DNA of 64,000 bases from Paraspadella gotoi (GCA_051294375.1 CM119265.1:16886936-16950935); one strand, 5' to 3'; shown: positions 44,186 through 58,815, counted from the stretch's first letter. Numbers and translations are program-made. Notes: a model not told the origin generated them from the sequence alone.

Positions 44186-44186
44186 C

Positions 44187-44252
<66 letters not shown>

Positions 44253-44253
44253 G
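44186..44253. repeat. (CGG)n/(CGGCGT)n microsatellite
   Basis: Seen directly. Confidence 0.95.
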
Positions 44254-45237
44254 CGGAGAGTGTCAGCAGTTTTTGATGGTTTACAGTTTCATCGTCGGCG
44301 CTTCGATCGTCAACAATTTCATTGGATCACAACATCGATTCTTCACACTTCATCGATGGAAACCACTTCGGAAACAACGACGACGACGACGACGACGACA
44401 TCAACGATGCGTGCAACGTACGTTTAGACTCATCCTTCCAAAGACCGGCGTCATTGGAAAACAAAATCGCGGGGCGCAGAAAACTGAATATATGAAGGAC
44501 GCGCGATTTTAACAAACATGAAAACGACGCGCGTTTCATTTTTCCGACGCCACTCGACTGACTCCAACTCCGGATGTGTGATTTCAAAGGGTTCCGTATT
44601 AGAGGGCGTAGTTTAGGCGTGGCCACCGATAAACAATGACAAAGGAACAATCGGCGTCGAAACTTGGAAAGCGGATCGACGTCGGGCGGCGTCGAGTGAG
44701 AATTATGCCGGAGAAAATACAACGAAATGCCGTAGAAATGTAAAGTAAAAATTGATTTAATGTCATGAATTCTAACGTCAGACAAAATGAATTGGAAGGA
44801 ATCTTTAAGATAGTGTGATAAGGACCATAAGATGAAGTTTTCTCTTTTAAAGATTGTGTAATTATGACTTGTTATTCAATATTGTTAAATGAAACGAAAA
44901 AATCCAAAACGGAATGAAATGACAAAGAAAATGAAATACGATGAAATATGAACAAGCAGGAACTAAGTAGTTCCAAAGCGAAAGAAATCTGATTCTTTCG
45001 AGTAGAAAGAATAAAAAGAATCGGTTACGAACGAATCCTGAAATAGTATAGTCGAAAGGGTTTATTATCTGTGACGTCATATCCTAGATTTGTAATGATT
45101 GAGGACAAAATGTAAATCCAAAATACACGGATGTAAACGCAGTTTAAACATTATACTACTTTTGTTTTTGTAACAAATGACACACATGAAAGAGTATTGA
45201 ATTAGTTGAGAATATTCTAGATGCTGAAGTTGCTTGT

Positions 45238-46088
<851 letters not shown>

Positions 46089-46582
46089 CGGAAGAGAGAC
46101 AGAGAGAGAGAGAAGTCAAAGAGAGAAGGAAGCGAGAGAAAAACAGCGGGACGAAAACAATAGCTTACTAACGAAAGGCAAACAAAGTTAACGCAGAAAA
46201 GAACTTAAAAAAAAAATTCAACATAATGCCATTATTAATGGCAATGAAACAGAAAATTTGGGCAAGTGAAAAAATTTTAAGCGTTGCGGTCTGTAGAGAA
46301 AAAACTAAACGCAAAAAGTTGGGATTGTAGAAAGGAGAATGGAGATAGAAAGAGATGAGGGAAAAAAGGTAAAGGGAATGAGGAAAAAGTGAGTCATTCG
46401 TCAAATACTTGATTATGCGATTAATATGCCACATCCGCCGAATTTCCAGCCCTGAGTGCGAGAGGAGGGAAATTCAAACTCTTAATGGATTTGCGGCGAA
46501 AAAAAAAAAAAGAGCAAATAAACGCGGGTGTTAAAATGCGAATGAGAGAGAGAGAGAAGACGAGAGAGAGAGAAGGGAAGAG

Positions 46583-46622
<40 letters not shown>

Positions 46623-47159
46623 GAGAGAGAGAGGCAGATTAAAAATTCGTTGGAAAAGTGCTTTTTTTTTTAATGTGGAGGCACGGTAGAGAGGAGAGAG
46701 AGAAAGGAGGGAAGGCTAAGATTAAGAAGAGTTTAGAGGAATAAGAACGAGGAGAGGAAAAAAAGATAGAGAGGTTAACTATAGAGAGGTTAAAACTATA
46801 GAGAGGAAAGAAGGGAGACTTAAGGATTGAAGAAAAAATGGAAAGGTTGTAAAGTTTTTTTTGGCGAAATCAAAGAAAGAAGATCCTTCGTCACTTAAAA
46901 AGCTTCGCCGTCATCGGACACCATAAGTCTGAATGGAACACAACACTCGGTCCACACTGCGATTCCAAACCAAACGACACCATAGAATTTTTCTTTCTTT
47001 CAATATTTTCAGATTTTTTTTTTTCGCCCAATTTTTTTTCTTTTCTTGTGAATGAGGAACGACAGGAACGTAAACAGTTTCGCGTCGGACGCAGATAAAT
47101 GTAAAAACGAAATGTAGGACGAAAGCGAAAAAATCGTAAGGTCCGAAGTTTTAGGATTG
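46089..47159 (-). repeat. Segment B, inverted copy of 50399-50886 plus 54605-55157 without the Gypsy insertion (empty site ~46676-46682)
   Basis: The reverse complement of aatgtggaggcacggtag (46672-46689) joins the left flank (gtgcctc, 50886) to the right flank (cacattaaaa, 54609) of the element. Confidence 0.92.
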
Positions 47160-47310
47160 ANNNNNNNNNNNNNNNNNNNNNNNNNCGCTCTTTCTCTCTT
47201 TGATTCTCTCTCTCTCTGTCTCTCTTCCGCCTTTTTCTTCCTCTGTCTCTCTCTCTCTTTCTCTATCTTTCTTTTTTTTCTTCCTNNNNNNNNNNNNNNN
47301 NNNNNNNNNN

Positions 47311-49292
47311 TCTTATTCTTCAACAAAAGAAGTGAAACGACACAAAGAACTTTGATTGACGTTCGTCGTCCCTCGTCATCGTTCTGTCTCGTCATCGACC
47401 GCGCGTCGCCCGGCTGATGAAAACCGGCGTCTTCTAGTGGCGATTAAAACAAAGAGTGAAATCTCCCGCCTCGAGAATCGTCGTCTCGTCTCTCGTCGTC
47501 GGTCGTCGTCGTTCTCTGTCGTCATCTAAGTCGTCCGCTGTTTATTCGGTTTTCTAGTTGTACTCATCCCCATCTTCCTCCCGATTACTCGAAGTTTCCC
47601 TTCTCTATTTCTCCTTTTCTTTATTTTCTCCCTTCTCCCTTATCCTTCTTATTTTCTCCCCTCTCATCCTTTCCTTTTCTATCTCCTCTCCCTTTCCTGT
47701 TATCTTTCTTTTTCTCTGTCACTGTTCCCGGCACTCTTCTCACTTCCTTCTAACATCCCATCCAACATTTCCCACTTCCCCCCATTCCACACCCTTGCAA
47801 TCCTCGCCAATATAAAATCCGAGTTATAGAATACAACTTCAAAGAATTGTTTTCTCCCGTCGATCAAACGAATCAAACAAACTCTCCTCTGTTCTCTCTG
47901 TTCCGCATCTTCTTCTCTTTAATTGATTACTTAATCTCCTTTCCTCTCTCTCTCTCTCCTCTTCTCTCTCTCTCCTCTCCTCTCCTCTCTCTCTCTCTCT
48001 CTTCATCTCTCTCTCTCTCACTACCTCTCTCTCTCTCTCCTCCTTTCATTTTCGCTTTATTGTTTATGTTGTCCCTATTCTCCCGCCATCTTGTTTCCAC
48101 TTAATTCGCTAATTTGTGCGTTCTTATTTTCTTGCCCGCAGTGTGGCCAGTGGAGGGCTGAGTCGGATCTATCTGGTTTTTTTTTTTTTTATGATTTCTT
48201 TTAGTAATGGTTTTTGTTCGGTATATATTGTATAAAGTGAGAGGTGAGTATGGAGCCAGCTTGCTCCCTTTAAACGCGACGTTTTAAGACTCGGAGAAAA
48301 AGATAGACCGGAAAACGAAACTGCATTAGTTTATAAAGTTTCAAATATGTTAATGTTTAATGACGTATAACCATTCACACTGCGGGACCGAACCCGTGGT
48401 TCTTCGGCCACGACTCAAAGGAAAAACTCTTTTCGGGAGTTTAGTCCATTTCTTCCGACATGTCGCGGGTGTACATTAATGCCGCGTGCAAACAGTATAA
48501 AACTATAAACTATCTTGCCTGTTCCTCGTTCATCGTTTGCGGTTGTCTTTTCATTAGAAAATACAATCGCCACAACGATTTCAGCTCAGAAAATGTTTGC
48601 TAATAATAATACGAAAACAGAAAAATCACTGCAGTCGGATAAAACCTTCTTCTTCTTTCTCCTCAATTTTATGTTTCCTCCTTTCCCTAATCTTTCCTTC
48701 CCACTGTTCCATTTCTCTCCTCATACTGAGCTTCGTTCGCCTTCACCTAACCCCCTCCTTCGTTCAAAAGAATAAATACCGGGTGACGTCTTTCCCATTC
48801 ACGCTTATTTTGCCACGTCGCCAGCCGCCCCGCCCGTCGCAACCGCCCCGTTCGCAGCCGCCGCCGCAGCCACCGCCCCGCCGACGCGCGACGTTTACGG
48901 ACGCGACGGAATTATCCCGCGACTTTTTTAGCGTAATTTTTTCCATGAATTCAGTTTGTCTGAGTTTCGCAAACAACGACACGTCTCATTTAGTGATACA
49001 AAACCGATTTGATGGCGGGAGAGGAAGACGTGGCACGCGAAGTTACAAGCGGAGAACCAAGCATCCGGCGGATACGATCAAGCTTTTTTTTTTTTTAATG
49101 AATCCCCGCTCTCTCTTTCTTTCGCTTTTTTCTGGTCGACGTGAAGAAAAATACAAGAAATAAAAAGAGAGAAAACACAAAGAAGGAAAGTAAAAAAAAA
49201 ATAGAGAGGGAAAGAAAAAAGTTAAAAAAATTAAAAAATTAAGATAGGAGATGGAAGAACTAAAAAAAAAAAGAAAAGAGTCTTCTTGAACA
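47311..49292 (+). repeat. Segment D, present inverted (with N gaps) at 56841-58990
   Basis: caaagaactttgattgacg (47343) vs cgtcaatcaaagttctttg (58935); aaagagtcttcttgaac (49275) vs gttcaagaagactcttt (56843); collinear internal anchors. Confidence 0.9.
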
Positions 49293-49371
49293 GAAATCGA
49301 TTACAGTTAAAAACAGAATAATGAAAACTATCAACTTTTTGAACTTATGAAAAAGAATGAGAGAGAGAAGA

Positions 49372-49422
<51 letters not shown>

Positions 49423-49423
49423 A

Positions 49424-49455
<32 letters not shown>

Positions 49456-49599
49456 AGAGAGAAAGGGATTTAGGCGAGAAAATCTCAAGATTTCAATTCT
49501 TTTCAAAATAGAAGTTTCTTTCTAAGTTGCAAAGAATAAGTCGCCAAGAGAGAGAAGGGAGAATCGAAAAAGAGAGAAGACAGAAAGAAAGAATAGAAC

Positions 49600-49638
<39 letters not shown>

Positions 49639-50886
49639 ACGAGAGAGAGAGCGAGGAGAGAGAGAGAAGAGAAGAGATCCCCCGTAAGGAAGATTAGAAT
49701 TGAAAGAGAAGAAGTTAAACGATCATAAGATAAAGAATTCATTGAACGAGTTCGGCGATGAAGAGCGCGGAAGGAATTGTCGGCGGCGGCTGGCGGGCGC
49801 GGATGATATTGAAGTGATGTCGAGTGATAAGATTAATAAGTCCGCCTCTTTTTTTTTTCTTTTCTTTCTTTTTATTATTTCTTTCTTTGCTTGACGGGAT
49901 CCACGAGTAAATAGAAAATAAAGAATGCCCTTTTTTTTCCTCGCCGGCGTCGTGTAGCGTTGTCGGCGTTGTCGGCGGCGAAGACCTCCCCCTGCAAAAC
50001 ATTCCCCTTTTTTATGTCTTTTTTGTCCTGTCTATTTCTTGAAAACATTCAAGCGAAAAATCCAAGTCAAGCAATCAAATCCAAGCTGAAAGAAAAAAAA
50101 ATCATTTTAGCTCTCTGCTCTCTCTCCTCTCTCTTTCTCTCTCTCTCTCTTCTCTCTCTCTCCTCTCTCTCTCTCTTTCTTTTTTTTCAAAATATATAAT
50201 TCAATGACGTCAATCAATTGAGTTATGGTTATCCAATATGAATTATTCAGGACCCAACCATTTATATTCAAGCAAAAGATTGAACTTAAAACTTTCGAAT
50301 TCGAGGTCTTCGGTCTGATGTTATTTGTCGTCCAAGTATGCACATTTTGACGAAGACTCCTCAAAACGAACTCCTTGTTTATATTCGCAAATTTTTTTAT
50401 CCTAAACTTCGGCCTCGCATTTTCGCTTTCGTCTACATTTCGTTTTTACATTTATACTCGCGGTCGCGACGCGAAACTGTTTACGTTCCTGTCGTTCCTC
50501 ATTCACAGAAAAGAAAAAAAAATTGGGCGAAAAAAAAAAAAATTGCTGAAAACTATTGAATAGAAAGAAAAATCTCTTATGGGTGTCGTTTGGTTTGGAT
50601 TACGCAGTGTGGACCGAGTGTTGTGTTCCATTCAGACTTATGGTGTCCCGATGACGGCGAAAGCTTTTAAGTGACGAAGGACTCTTCTTCTTGATTTCGC
50701 CAAAAAAAACTTTCACTTTCCATTTTTTCTTCCATCCTTAAGTCTCCCTTCTTTCCTTCTCGTATAAGCTTAACCTCTACTATAAGTTAACCTCTCTATC
50801 TTTTTTTCTCTCCTGTTCTTATTCCTCTAACTCTTCTTAATCTTAGCCTTCCCTCCTTTCTCTCTCTGCCTCTCTACCCGTGCCTC

Positions 50887-51202
50887 TTTGGAAGCTCAAA
50901 AATAGTGTCAGCCAAAAACGAAAACGTAACAAAGACGACAAATACATACGACGAAGACGACGACGAAGTCTTTCTAACTTTGCGAACCGTTAAGGGTCGC
51001 AGGAATGACCATTCGACCATTGGACCTGATTAATTGTTATGGCTGACCTTTTTTCAGCCAAATGTAAATACGTCGTTGTTGTTGTGTATTTTTTTTTCCG
51101 TTATTCGCTTTTTACTCTGTTTTTCTTTAATTATACGTTTTACTTATCACACAAAAACACCTTCAGTTTTCCAAATATTCGTATATTAAGTCACCTGTAA
51201 CA
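50887..51202 (+). repeat. 5' LTR
   Basis: tttggaagctcaaa...ttgttatggctgac.ttttttcagcca...ttatcacacaaaaa...attaagtc matches 54292-54604; ends in AACA, complementary to the TGTT start of the 3' LTR. Confidence 0.88.
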
Positions 51203-51203
51203 A

Positions 51204-51220
51204 TTGTTATTCCCGATCGT
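51204..51220 (+). promoter_or_regulatory. Degenerate primer-binding site, tRNA-Trp type
   Basis: ttgttattcccgatcgt just after the LTR resembles TGGTGACCCCGACGT, with several mismatches. Confidence 0.4.
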
Positions 51221-51479
51221 CTTTCAATTCCTTTTGAATTTCACGCAACTCCTCTCACTTTAGACTTTTTTTTCTCTCTCATTCTCCGTTAACAGTTTTT
51301 ATAGTTTTTGTTTTACGTTTTTGAACGTAATATTTTTTACTCAAATGGAGTCCAACCGCGCAAACGCCCCCGCAACGATTCAGCGCTTAGCCCGGGCGCC
51401 CTTGCAACGTCTTCACTCTCGTCGCCATATTAGAGGCGGCGGCGAAACGCCACGTGACTCGTCGAACCCTTGGCAGACA

Positions 51480-53990
51480 TCCCTCGGCGCTCGTTTCGCC
51501 CAGATCAGCGCCCGAAAGCGAGTCACGCACGCCCGCATCGACGACTAAGGGGCCTTGTGGCTAACGCTCGCCAATCCCTCTGGACGCCGCCTTCCTACAC
51601 GTTGCTCAAAAGCTGACGCGGTCTGCCGACCATTGCGGTGATACCGACGCCTAAATCGGTGACGACGAAAGATGATAGATACCCCAATTCGCCACATCTC
51701 TGACTTTAATGCAGAAATTTCCGGGAAGATACATATTCTCAAAATCGACTTGTACAAAGGGTATCATCAATCCCCGTCACGAGGCGGACATCCCAAAGAC
51801 AGCAATCAGTTACGCCGCTTGTGGGCTTGGTACGAGTATCAGGACGCCATCGGCCTAAAAAACGCCCTGCAAGATTTCCAGCGAATGATGGAAGGCCATC
51901 CTTGGCTGGAATTCCCATGTCTTTGTATATCCTCGACGATATCTCGTTGGCATGAATCGGTGAGGAGCAACCTGGAGGATCTTGGAATGCGTTTTTGCTG
52001 CACTCGAGTGTAACGGCCTTGTGGTTAACTCGCTCAAAGTGGTGTTTTAGGAGGCCTCCTCCACTCCGAATTTCCTTGGCTATAATGTATGCTGAGGGCG
52101 TCACCCGCGCTTTCAACCGAGTGGAAGACATTGAAACGAGATTAAGGAACTTCAACGATTCTTGGCGTTCTACTACTACAAGGGCGTTTTGTTCCACACG
52201 CCGACCGATATCCTGGACCCCTCTACAAAACGCCTGCGGGGAAAACCGAAACTTCTTGCAATGGAATAACGAGTGTAACAAAGCATTTGATGCTGCAAAA
52301 ACAAGCTTTGCATCAGCGACTATGGCTCGTCATCCCCGGGCGATGACGCCCAACTTGTTTAAAACCTGACAGTAGACGCCATCTCTTATGCATTTTGGGC
52401 GGAGTATTGGAACAGTCCGTAGATGGAAAATGGAAGCCTCTAGCCTTTTTCTCCCGCTCCCTTAAAACAGCATCAACGGAAATGGCTCCATTCGACAGAG
52501 AGCTGCTTGCGGCTTTCGCATGCCGTGCGTCACTTCCGGCCATTTCATCGAGGGACGCCCCTTTACGCTTTTCTCGGATGCAAACAACAAACAGCCTTGT
52601 CCCCGCGATTAGGCAAAAAGTCGGAACCCCATACAATGCGTCAGACTTATCAACTCGCGGCTATAGCCGAATACACTAATACTGACAATTTCGTCACAAT
52701 TGAGGGAAACAAACATTGTTGCTCGACGCTCTCTTCCCAGTACGCTCCCACCTGCAGCAACGCCACCCTCCGACAACTTATTAATGCTGTCACCTCTCAA
52801 GGAAATAACCTCAAGAAAAATGGCATTCTGACAAGAAACGACGCTGATGTTCAACCGTTCTCCTTGCGATGCCCACACTAGCCTACGTTTTTGAAAGAGT
52901 TAAAAGTGGGCGGCGTCGATATCATCTGCGGACGTAAAGCAGCGGGCTAGATCCGCCCTTGTGCCCAAAACATGGCGGGCGCTTCCGTTTTTACGCAACT
53001 TCACAACCTTTGCACGGACTGGGTACGTGCCAACCAAAAAACTTATTACAAGTCGATTTATCTGGCCTCAGCATCCTCACAACGTGGCCGGAATGGACGG
53101 GCGGACATGCACTGATGTCAGCGCTCAAAAATCCACGCAGCACAATCAAGCACCTCCACAACAATTCCCTCATGTTGAGCGACGTTCCAGCACGTCCATG
53201 TGGATTATTGTAGGCCTCTTCCCGGTCTCCAATGGACACGCGCCCACTTACTGACGTGCGTCGAACCGTTATATACGTTTGGCCAGAAGCAATTCCTCTC
53301 CACGACACAACAACGCCGACCATCGCTTGCGGCCTTCTTCAAATTGGATCGCGCGTTTTGGCGTACCGGCCACCGTCACCACGGATAGAGGAAGCCAATT
53401 TTACGTCTGAATTGTGGCGCACAACTCGCCGAAACGTGGGTTTTAATTGGAACTTCATGCACCTACCATCACACAAAAGCAAACGGCATGGTTTGAACGG
53501 ATGCATTGCGTAGCTTAAGGCATTCTAAAGGCGCGGTTTTGCGAGAATGCTGCTTGACAGGTGGGTTCTCAGTCCTTGGGTCTTGCTCGGCCTGCCGAAG
53601 TACCCACAAAAACGCGACCTCGGACGCATTCTCCAGCCGAATTTGGTTTACCGGACGTTTCACTTTCCAGGTGAGTTATCGTGCTGAAAACACGGAACCG
53701 GAAGTCGATGCCACGCAAGCGCGCAAGAGACCCTGCGCATCTTCGCTTTGACGTCGCGCTCCATCGCGCCCAATCCGGCACAGCGCCACGATGTTCCAAC
53801 CTGTGAGTGCCGATTTCACCGTCACGGAGGAAAGTTCGTTCTTCATCCGTCGGTCCAACAACGCTGGCGCCTCTTTCCGGCGCCTACGCCGGACCCTACG
53901 CGTCATCACATGGCATAACGTGATGTCGTCCATCGAGATTCCCGCGCGGTAATGAAACAATAACAATCGATCGCGTCAAGCTAGCGGGCA
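51480..53990 (+). pseudogene. pol: Gypsy pol: reverse transcriptase (~51560-52200), RNase H (~52360-52700), integrase (~52960-53600) and GPY/F module (~53850-53985), frameshifted
   Basis: RPCGDYRRLN-like stretch, RHISDFN, KIDLYKGYHQ, GLKNALQDFQRMM; GGVLEQ..WKPLAFFSR, FDRELLA, AVRHFR; TKKLITSRFIWP, WPEAIPL, FTSELW, YAGPY, IDRVK. Confidence 0.93.
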
Positions 53991-54283
53991 TCGACGCCGG
54001 AAAATCTCCGGCGCCCCCAGCAGCCCCGCGTCGCGGAACGCCCTCCAACGCGGGCGTCCCTACTTTGTCGATGATGGCGAGGAACCAAAAAACCAAGACG
54101 CCTCGCCGAAAAAGCCATATCCGGTCGTACCGCGCCCAAAAATAGACTATACAAGACAACCGTTTTTCAGCCAGAGATGCTGCAACGCTGCACTCCGACA
54201 ATTGCTGGAACCAATCGACGATGTGGACAGATTTGAGCACGACCGAGTCACCACTGACGTCAAACCAAGTCGACGACAGCGCT

Positions 54284-54291
54284 GGGGGGGA
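54284..54291 (+). promoter_or_regulatory. Polypurine tract
   Basis: ggggggga immediately 5' of the TG start of the 3' LTR. Confidence 0.8.
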
Positions 54292-54604
54292 TGTTTGGAA
54301 AGCTCAAATAGTTTCAGGCCCAAAAACGACAACGATAACCAAGACGACAAATTACAAACGACGAAGATCGACGAGTTTTCTACTTTGCGACCGTAGGGTC
54401 AGCGGAATGACCCTCGACCATTGAGGCTGAAATTCTTGTTATGGCTGACTTTTTTCAGCCAATGTAGAATACGTAGTTGTCTGTTGTTATTTTTTTTCCG
54501 TTTATTGGTTTTTAACTCTGGTTTTTTCTTTAATTCGTTTTCACCTTATCACACAAAAAACACGCTTCAAGTTTTTTTCCAAATAATTCGTTATTAAGTC
54601 CCGA
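54292..54604 (+). repeat. 3' LTR
   Basis: Begins TGTTTGGAAAGCTC and is collinear with 50887-51202; the last bases are noisy. Confidence 0.88.
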
Positions 54605-55482
54605 CTCCCACATTAAAAAAAAAAAGCACTTTTTCCAACGATTTTTTCTCTCTCTCTCTCTCTCGTCTCTCTCATACTCATCTCTCTCTCTCTGCTCTCT
54701 CTCATTCTCTCCTCCTCTCTCTGCTCGTCCATTCGCATTTTTAACGCCCGCGTTTAATTTGCTCGTTTTTTTTTTTTCGGCGGCAATCCATTAATGAGTT
54801 TTGATTCTCCCATCTTCCACTCAGGGCTGGAAATTCGGCGATGTGCATACTTAATGCAATAAATCAGTATTTGACGAATGAACCTCACTTTTTTCCCCTC
54901 ATTCCCTTTCCTTTTTGCCTCTTCTTTTCTCCACATTCTCTTTCTACAAATCCAACTTTTGCTTTTGTTTTTTCTCTACAGACCGACGCTTAAAATTTTT
55001 TCACTTGCCAAATTTTTCTGTTTCATTCCATTAATAATGGCCATTATGTTGAATTTTTTTTTTTTGTTTGCCTTTCGTTAGTACTATTGTTTTTCGTCCG
55101 TGTTTTTTCTCTCGCTCTTTCTCTCTTTGATTCTTTCTCTCTCTGTCTCTCTTCCGCCTTTTTTCTCTCTCTTTCTCTTCGCTCTTTCTCTCTTTTCTTT
55201 TTTTTTTCTTCTCGTTCTCACTTTCTCATCTTTGAGTTTCGCTTATATCATCTCTTCTTTCTTTCGGCTTTTAAATGTAGTCTCCTTCATTTTTTTTCCA
55301 TATTTCCCTCTTCGCTCTTCATCTCTCTCTCTTCTCTTCTCTCATCTCCTCTCTCTCTCGTCTCTCTCTCTCTTCTCTCTAATTCTCTCTCTCTCTCTTC
55401 CTCTTCTTTCATCATTGCATTTAATCTTCGGGTATCAAAGGCTTTTCTTCATCGAGACGAGAGTTGATATGAAATTTGGGTC

Positions 55483-55549
<67 letters not shown>
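55483..55549. repeat. Perfect (GAC)n microsatellite
   Basis: Seen directly; source of the poly-D ORF in the track. Confidence 0.95.
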
Positions 55550-56169
55550 TATCAAGTCGACTTCCTTTGTTAAATCTTTAACCGCGATGCAATAACCATT
55601 TAAAAAGTGGGACGCATTTTCGAGATTCGGTTAACTCGATCGTTTCATTGGACGCGATTGACCCAAGTTACGCGTCGTATTAGTTGAAGTGGTTAAAATG
55701 AGTCATGGGACCCAAAGATCGAGATCTTCACTTCTTGGGGATTATGTATCGATAGAACCTTGACCAAAGACCCTCGTTACAAACGACGACTATAAAAACG
55801 ACTAAAACGAGTTTAAGAGTCACGCGTCCGCCCGTCCGTACAAAACGTACGAGTTCTCGTTGAGGTTTTTAAAAGTGAAAATCGACATAAACCGCAGCGC
55901 CGATCGCTCTCCCACCCGCCCCCTCTCTCCGCCTCAACCACGATGCTCTTTTGTTTACGGTCGCTGCGACTGTATCTCTATAAAAACCAAAAGATAAACT
56001 CATATTTAAGCGCGTCGGATCATTACTGTCGTTAGCCTTCAAAGCCAACATCAATATTTACCGAAGTCAGTAAACAAAATTCCTGAAAAATGAAAAACAG
56101 GGTGGGTTTCTCCGTCCCTTTCCCCCTTTTTTGTTTGTAGTGGCTTAGAGACTTTTCACAATCTATACA

Positions 56170-56206
<37 letters not shown>

Positions 56207-56840
56207 NNNNNNNNNNNNNNNNNNNNNNNNNNNNNNNNNNNNNNNNNNNNNNNNNNNNNNNNNNNNNNNNNNNNNNNNNNNNNNNNNNNNNNNNNNNNNN
56301 NNNNNNNNNNNNNNNNNNNNNNNNNNNNNNNNNNNNNNNNNNNNNNNNNNNNNNNNNNNNNNNNNNNNNNNNNNNNNNNNNNNNNNNNNNNNNNNNNNNN
56401 NNNNNNNNNNNNNNNNNNNNNNNNNNNNNNNNNNNNNNNNNNNNNNNNNNNNNNNNNNNNNNNNNNNNNNNNNNNNNNNNNNNNNNNNNNNNNNNNNNNN
56501 NNNNNNNNNNNNNNNNNNNNNNNNNNNNNNNNNNNNNNNNNNNNNNNNNNNNNNNNNNNNNNNNNNNNNNNNNNNNNNNNNNNNNNNNNNNNNNNNNNNN
56601 NNNNNNNNNNNNNNNNNNNNNNNNNNNNNNNNNNNNNNNNNNNNNNNNNNNNNNNNNNNNNNNNNNNNNNNNNNNNNNNNNNNNNNNNNNNNNNNNNNNN
56701 NNNNNNNNNNNNNNNNNNNNNNNNNNNNNNNNNNNNNNNNNNNNNNNNNNNNNNNNNNNNNNNNNNNNNNNNNNNNNNNNNNNNNNNNNNNNNNNNNNNN
56801 NNNNNNNNNNNNNNNNNNNNNNNNNNNNNNNNNNNNNNNN

Positions 56841-58773
56841 TGGTTCAAGAAGACTCTTTTCTTTTTTTTTTAGTTCTCCAATTCTCCTATCTTAATTTTT
56901 AATTTTTACTTCTCTTTCCCTCTCTATTTTTTTTACTTTCCTTCTTTGTGTTTTTCTCTCTCTTTAATTTCTTTTTTTTTCACCGTCGACCAGAAAAAGC
57001 GAAAGAAAGAGAGAGCGGGGGATTTTCATTAAAAAAAAAAAAAGCTTGATCGTCTCCGCTCGGAATGCTTGGTTCTCCGCTTGTAACTTCGCCAACCTCT
57101 TCCTCCGACATCATCGGTTTGTCATCCTAAATGAGACGTCGTCGTTGTTGCGAACTCAGCAACTTGAAATTCATGGAAAAATTACGCTAAAAAAAGTCCG
57201 GGATAATTCCGTCGCGTCGCTAAACGTCGCGCGTCGGCGNNNNNNNNNNNNNNNNNNNNNNNNNNNNNNNNNNNNNNNNNNNNNNNNNNNNNNNNNNNNN
57301 NNNNNNNNNNNNNNNNNNNNNNNNNNNNNNNNNNNNNNNNNNNNNNNNNNNNNNNNNNNNNNNNNNNNNNNNNNNNNNNNNNNNNNNNNNNNNNNNNNNN
57401 NNNNNNNNNNNNNNNNNNNNNNNNNNNNNNNNNNNNNNNNNNNNNNNNNNNNNNNNNNNNNNNNNNNNNNNNNNNNNNNNNNNNNNNNNNNNNNNNNNNN
57501 NNNNNAAGGAAAGAATTAGGGAAAGGAGGAAAATAAAATTGAGGAGAAAGAAGAAGAGGTTTTATCCGACTGCAGTGACTTTTTTGTTTTCGTATTATTA
57601 TTAGCAAACATTTTCTGAGCTTGAAAATCGTTGTGGCGATGTATTTTTAAATGAAGACAACCGCAAACGAGTGAACGAGGAAACAAGGCAAGATAGTTTA
57701 TAGTTTATACTGTTTGCACGCGGTCATTATGTACCACCCGNNNNNNNNNNNNNNNNNNNNNNNNNNNNNNNNNNNNNNNNNNNNNNNNNNNNNNNNNNNN
57801 NNNNNNNNNNNNNNNNNNNNNNNNNNNNNNNNNNNNNNNNNNNNNNNNNNNNNNNNNNNNNNNNNNNNNNNNNNNNNNNNNNNNNNNNNNNNNNNNNNNN
57901 NNNNNNNGGCCGAAGAACCACGGGTATCGACGTCCCCCGAAGTGTGATGGTTATTACGTCATTAAACATTAACATAATTTGAACTTTATAAACTAATCAG
58001 TTTCGTTTTCGGTCTTATCTTTTTCTCCGAGTTTAAAACGTCGCGTTTAAAGGAAGAAGCTGCATCCATCCTCACCTTCTCACTTTATCTTTCGACCTTA
58101 CCTCGCTCTCCCCCGACTGTCGACTCACCCTCCCTCACTGCGCAAAGAAAATAAGAACGCCATTAGCGTAATTACAGGTGAGAAACAAGATGGCGACAAC
58201 AAAACAATAAAAGCGAAATGAAAGCGAGAGAGAGAGAGAGAGAGNNNNNNNNNNNNNNNNNNNNNNNNNNNNNNNNNNNNNNNNNNNNNNNNNNNNNNNN
58301 NNNNNNNNNNNNNNNNNNNNNNNNNNNNNNNNNNNNNNNNNGAGAGAGAGAGAGAGAGAGAGAAAGGAATTAGTATCAATAAAGAGAAGAGAGATGCGGA
58401 AAGAGAGACAGAGAGAGAGTTTGTTTGACGTTTGATCGACGGGAGAAAACAATTCTTTGAAAGTTGTATTCTAAATAAAACATCGGATTAATGCGAGGAT
58501 TGCAAGGGGTGTGGAAGGGGGGAAGTGGGGATGTGGAAGGGATTTAAAGGAAGTGAGAAGAGTCAGGGAATGAAGAGAAAAATAACGGAAAGGAAGGAAG
58601 AAAAATAAAGAAAAGGAAAGAATAGAAGGGAGAAAAATAAAGAAAAGGAAGGAAGAGAAGGGAGAAAAATAAAGAAAAGGAAGGAAGAGAAGGGAAAACT
58701 CGAGTCAATCGGGTAGGAAGATGGGATGAGTTCAAACTAGCAAAAACAGCCAATAACAGCGACGACTTACAGA

Positions 58774-58815
<42 letters not shown>

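Larger units (their letters stand above)
50887..54604 (+). mobile_element. Ty3/Gypsy LTR retrotransposon, CsRn1/Kabuki/Boudicca-like, ~3.7 kb, apparently lacking gag and protease
   Basis: Two ~315 bp LTRs, PPT, PBS-like site, domain order RT-RH-IN, and a short ctc/cctc target duplication relative to the empty site. Confidence 0.92.

Noticed and set aside
47414-47470. CTGATGA...GAAA possible hammerhead ribozyme core
   Set aside because: No supporting stems, and the cleaner inverted copy reads ttggatgaagaacc, so the motif is likely a read error.
56156-56848. Long ORFs spanning N runs (also at 12677-13541, 57046-57607, 59847-60350, 63440-63963)
   Set aside because: Artefacts of translating gaps.
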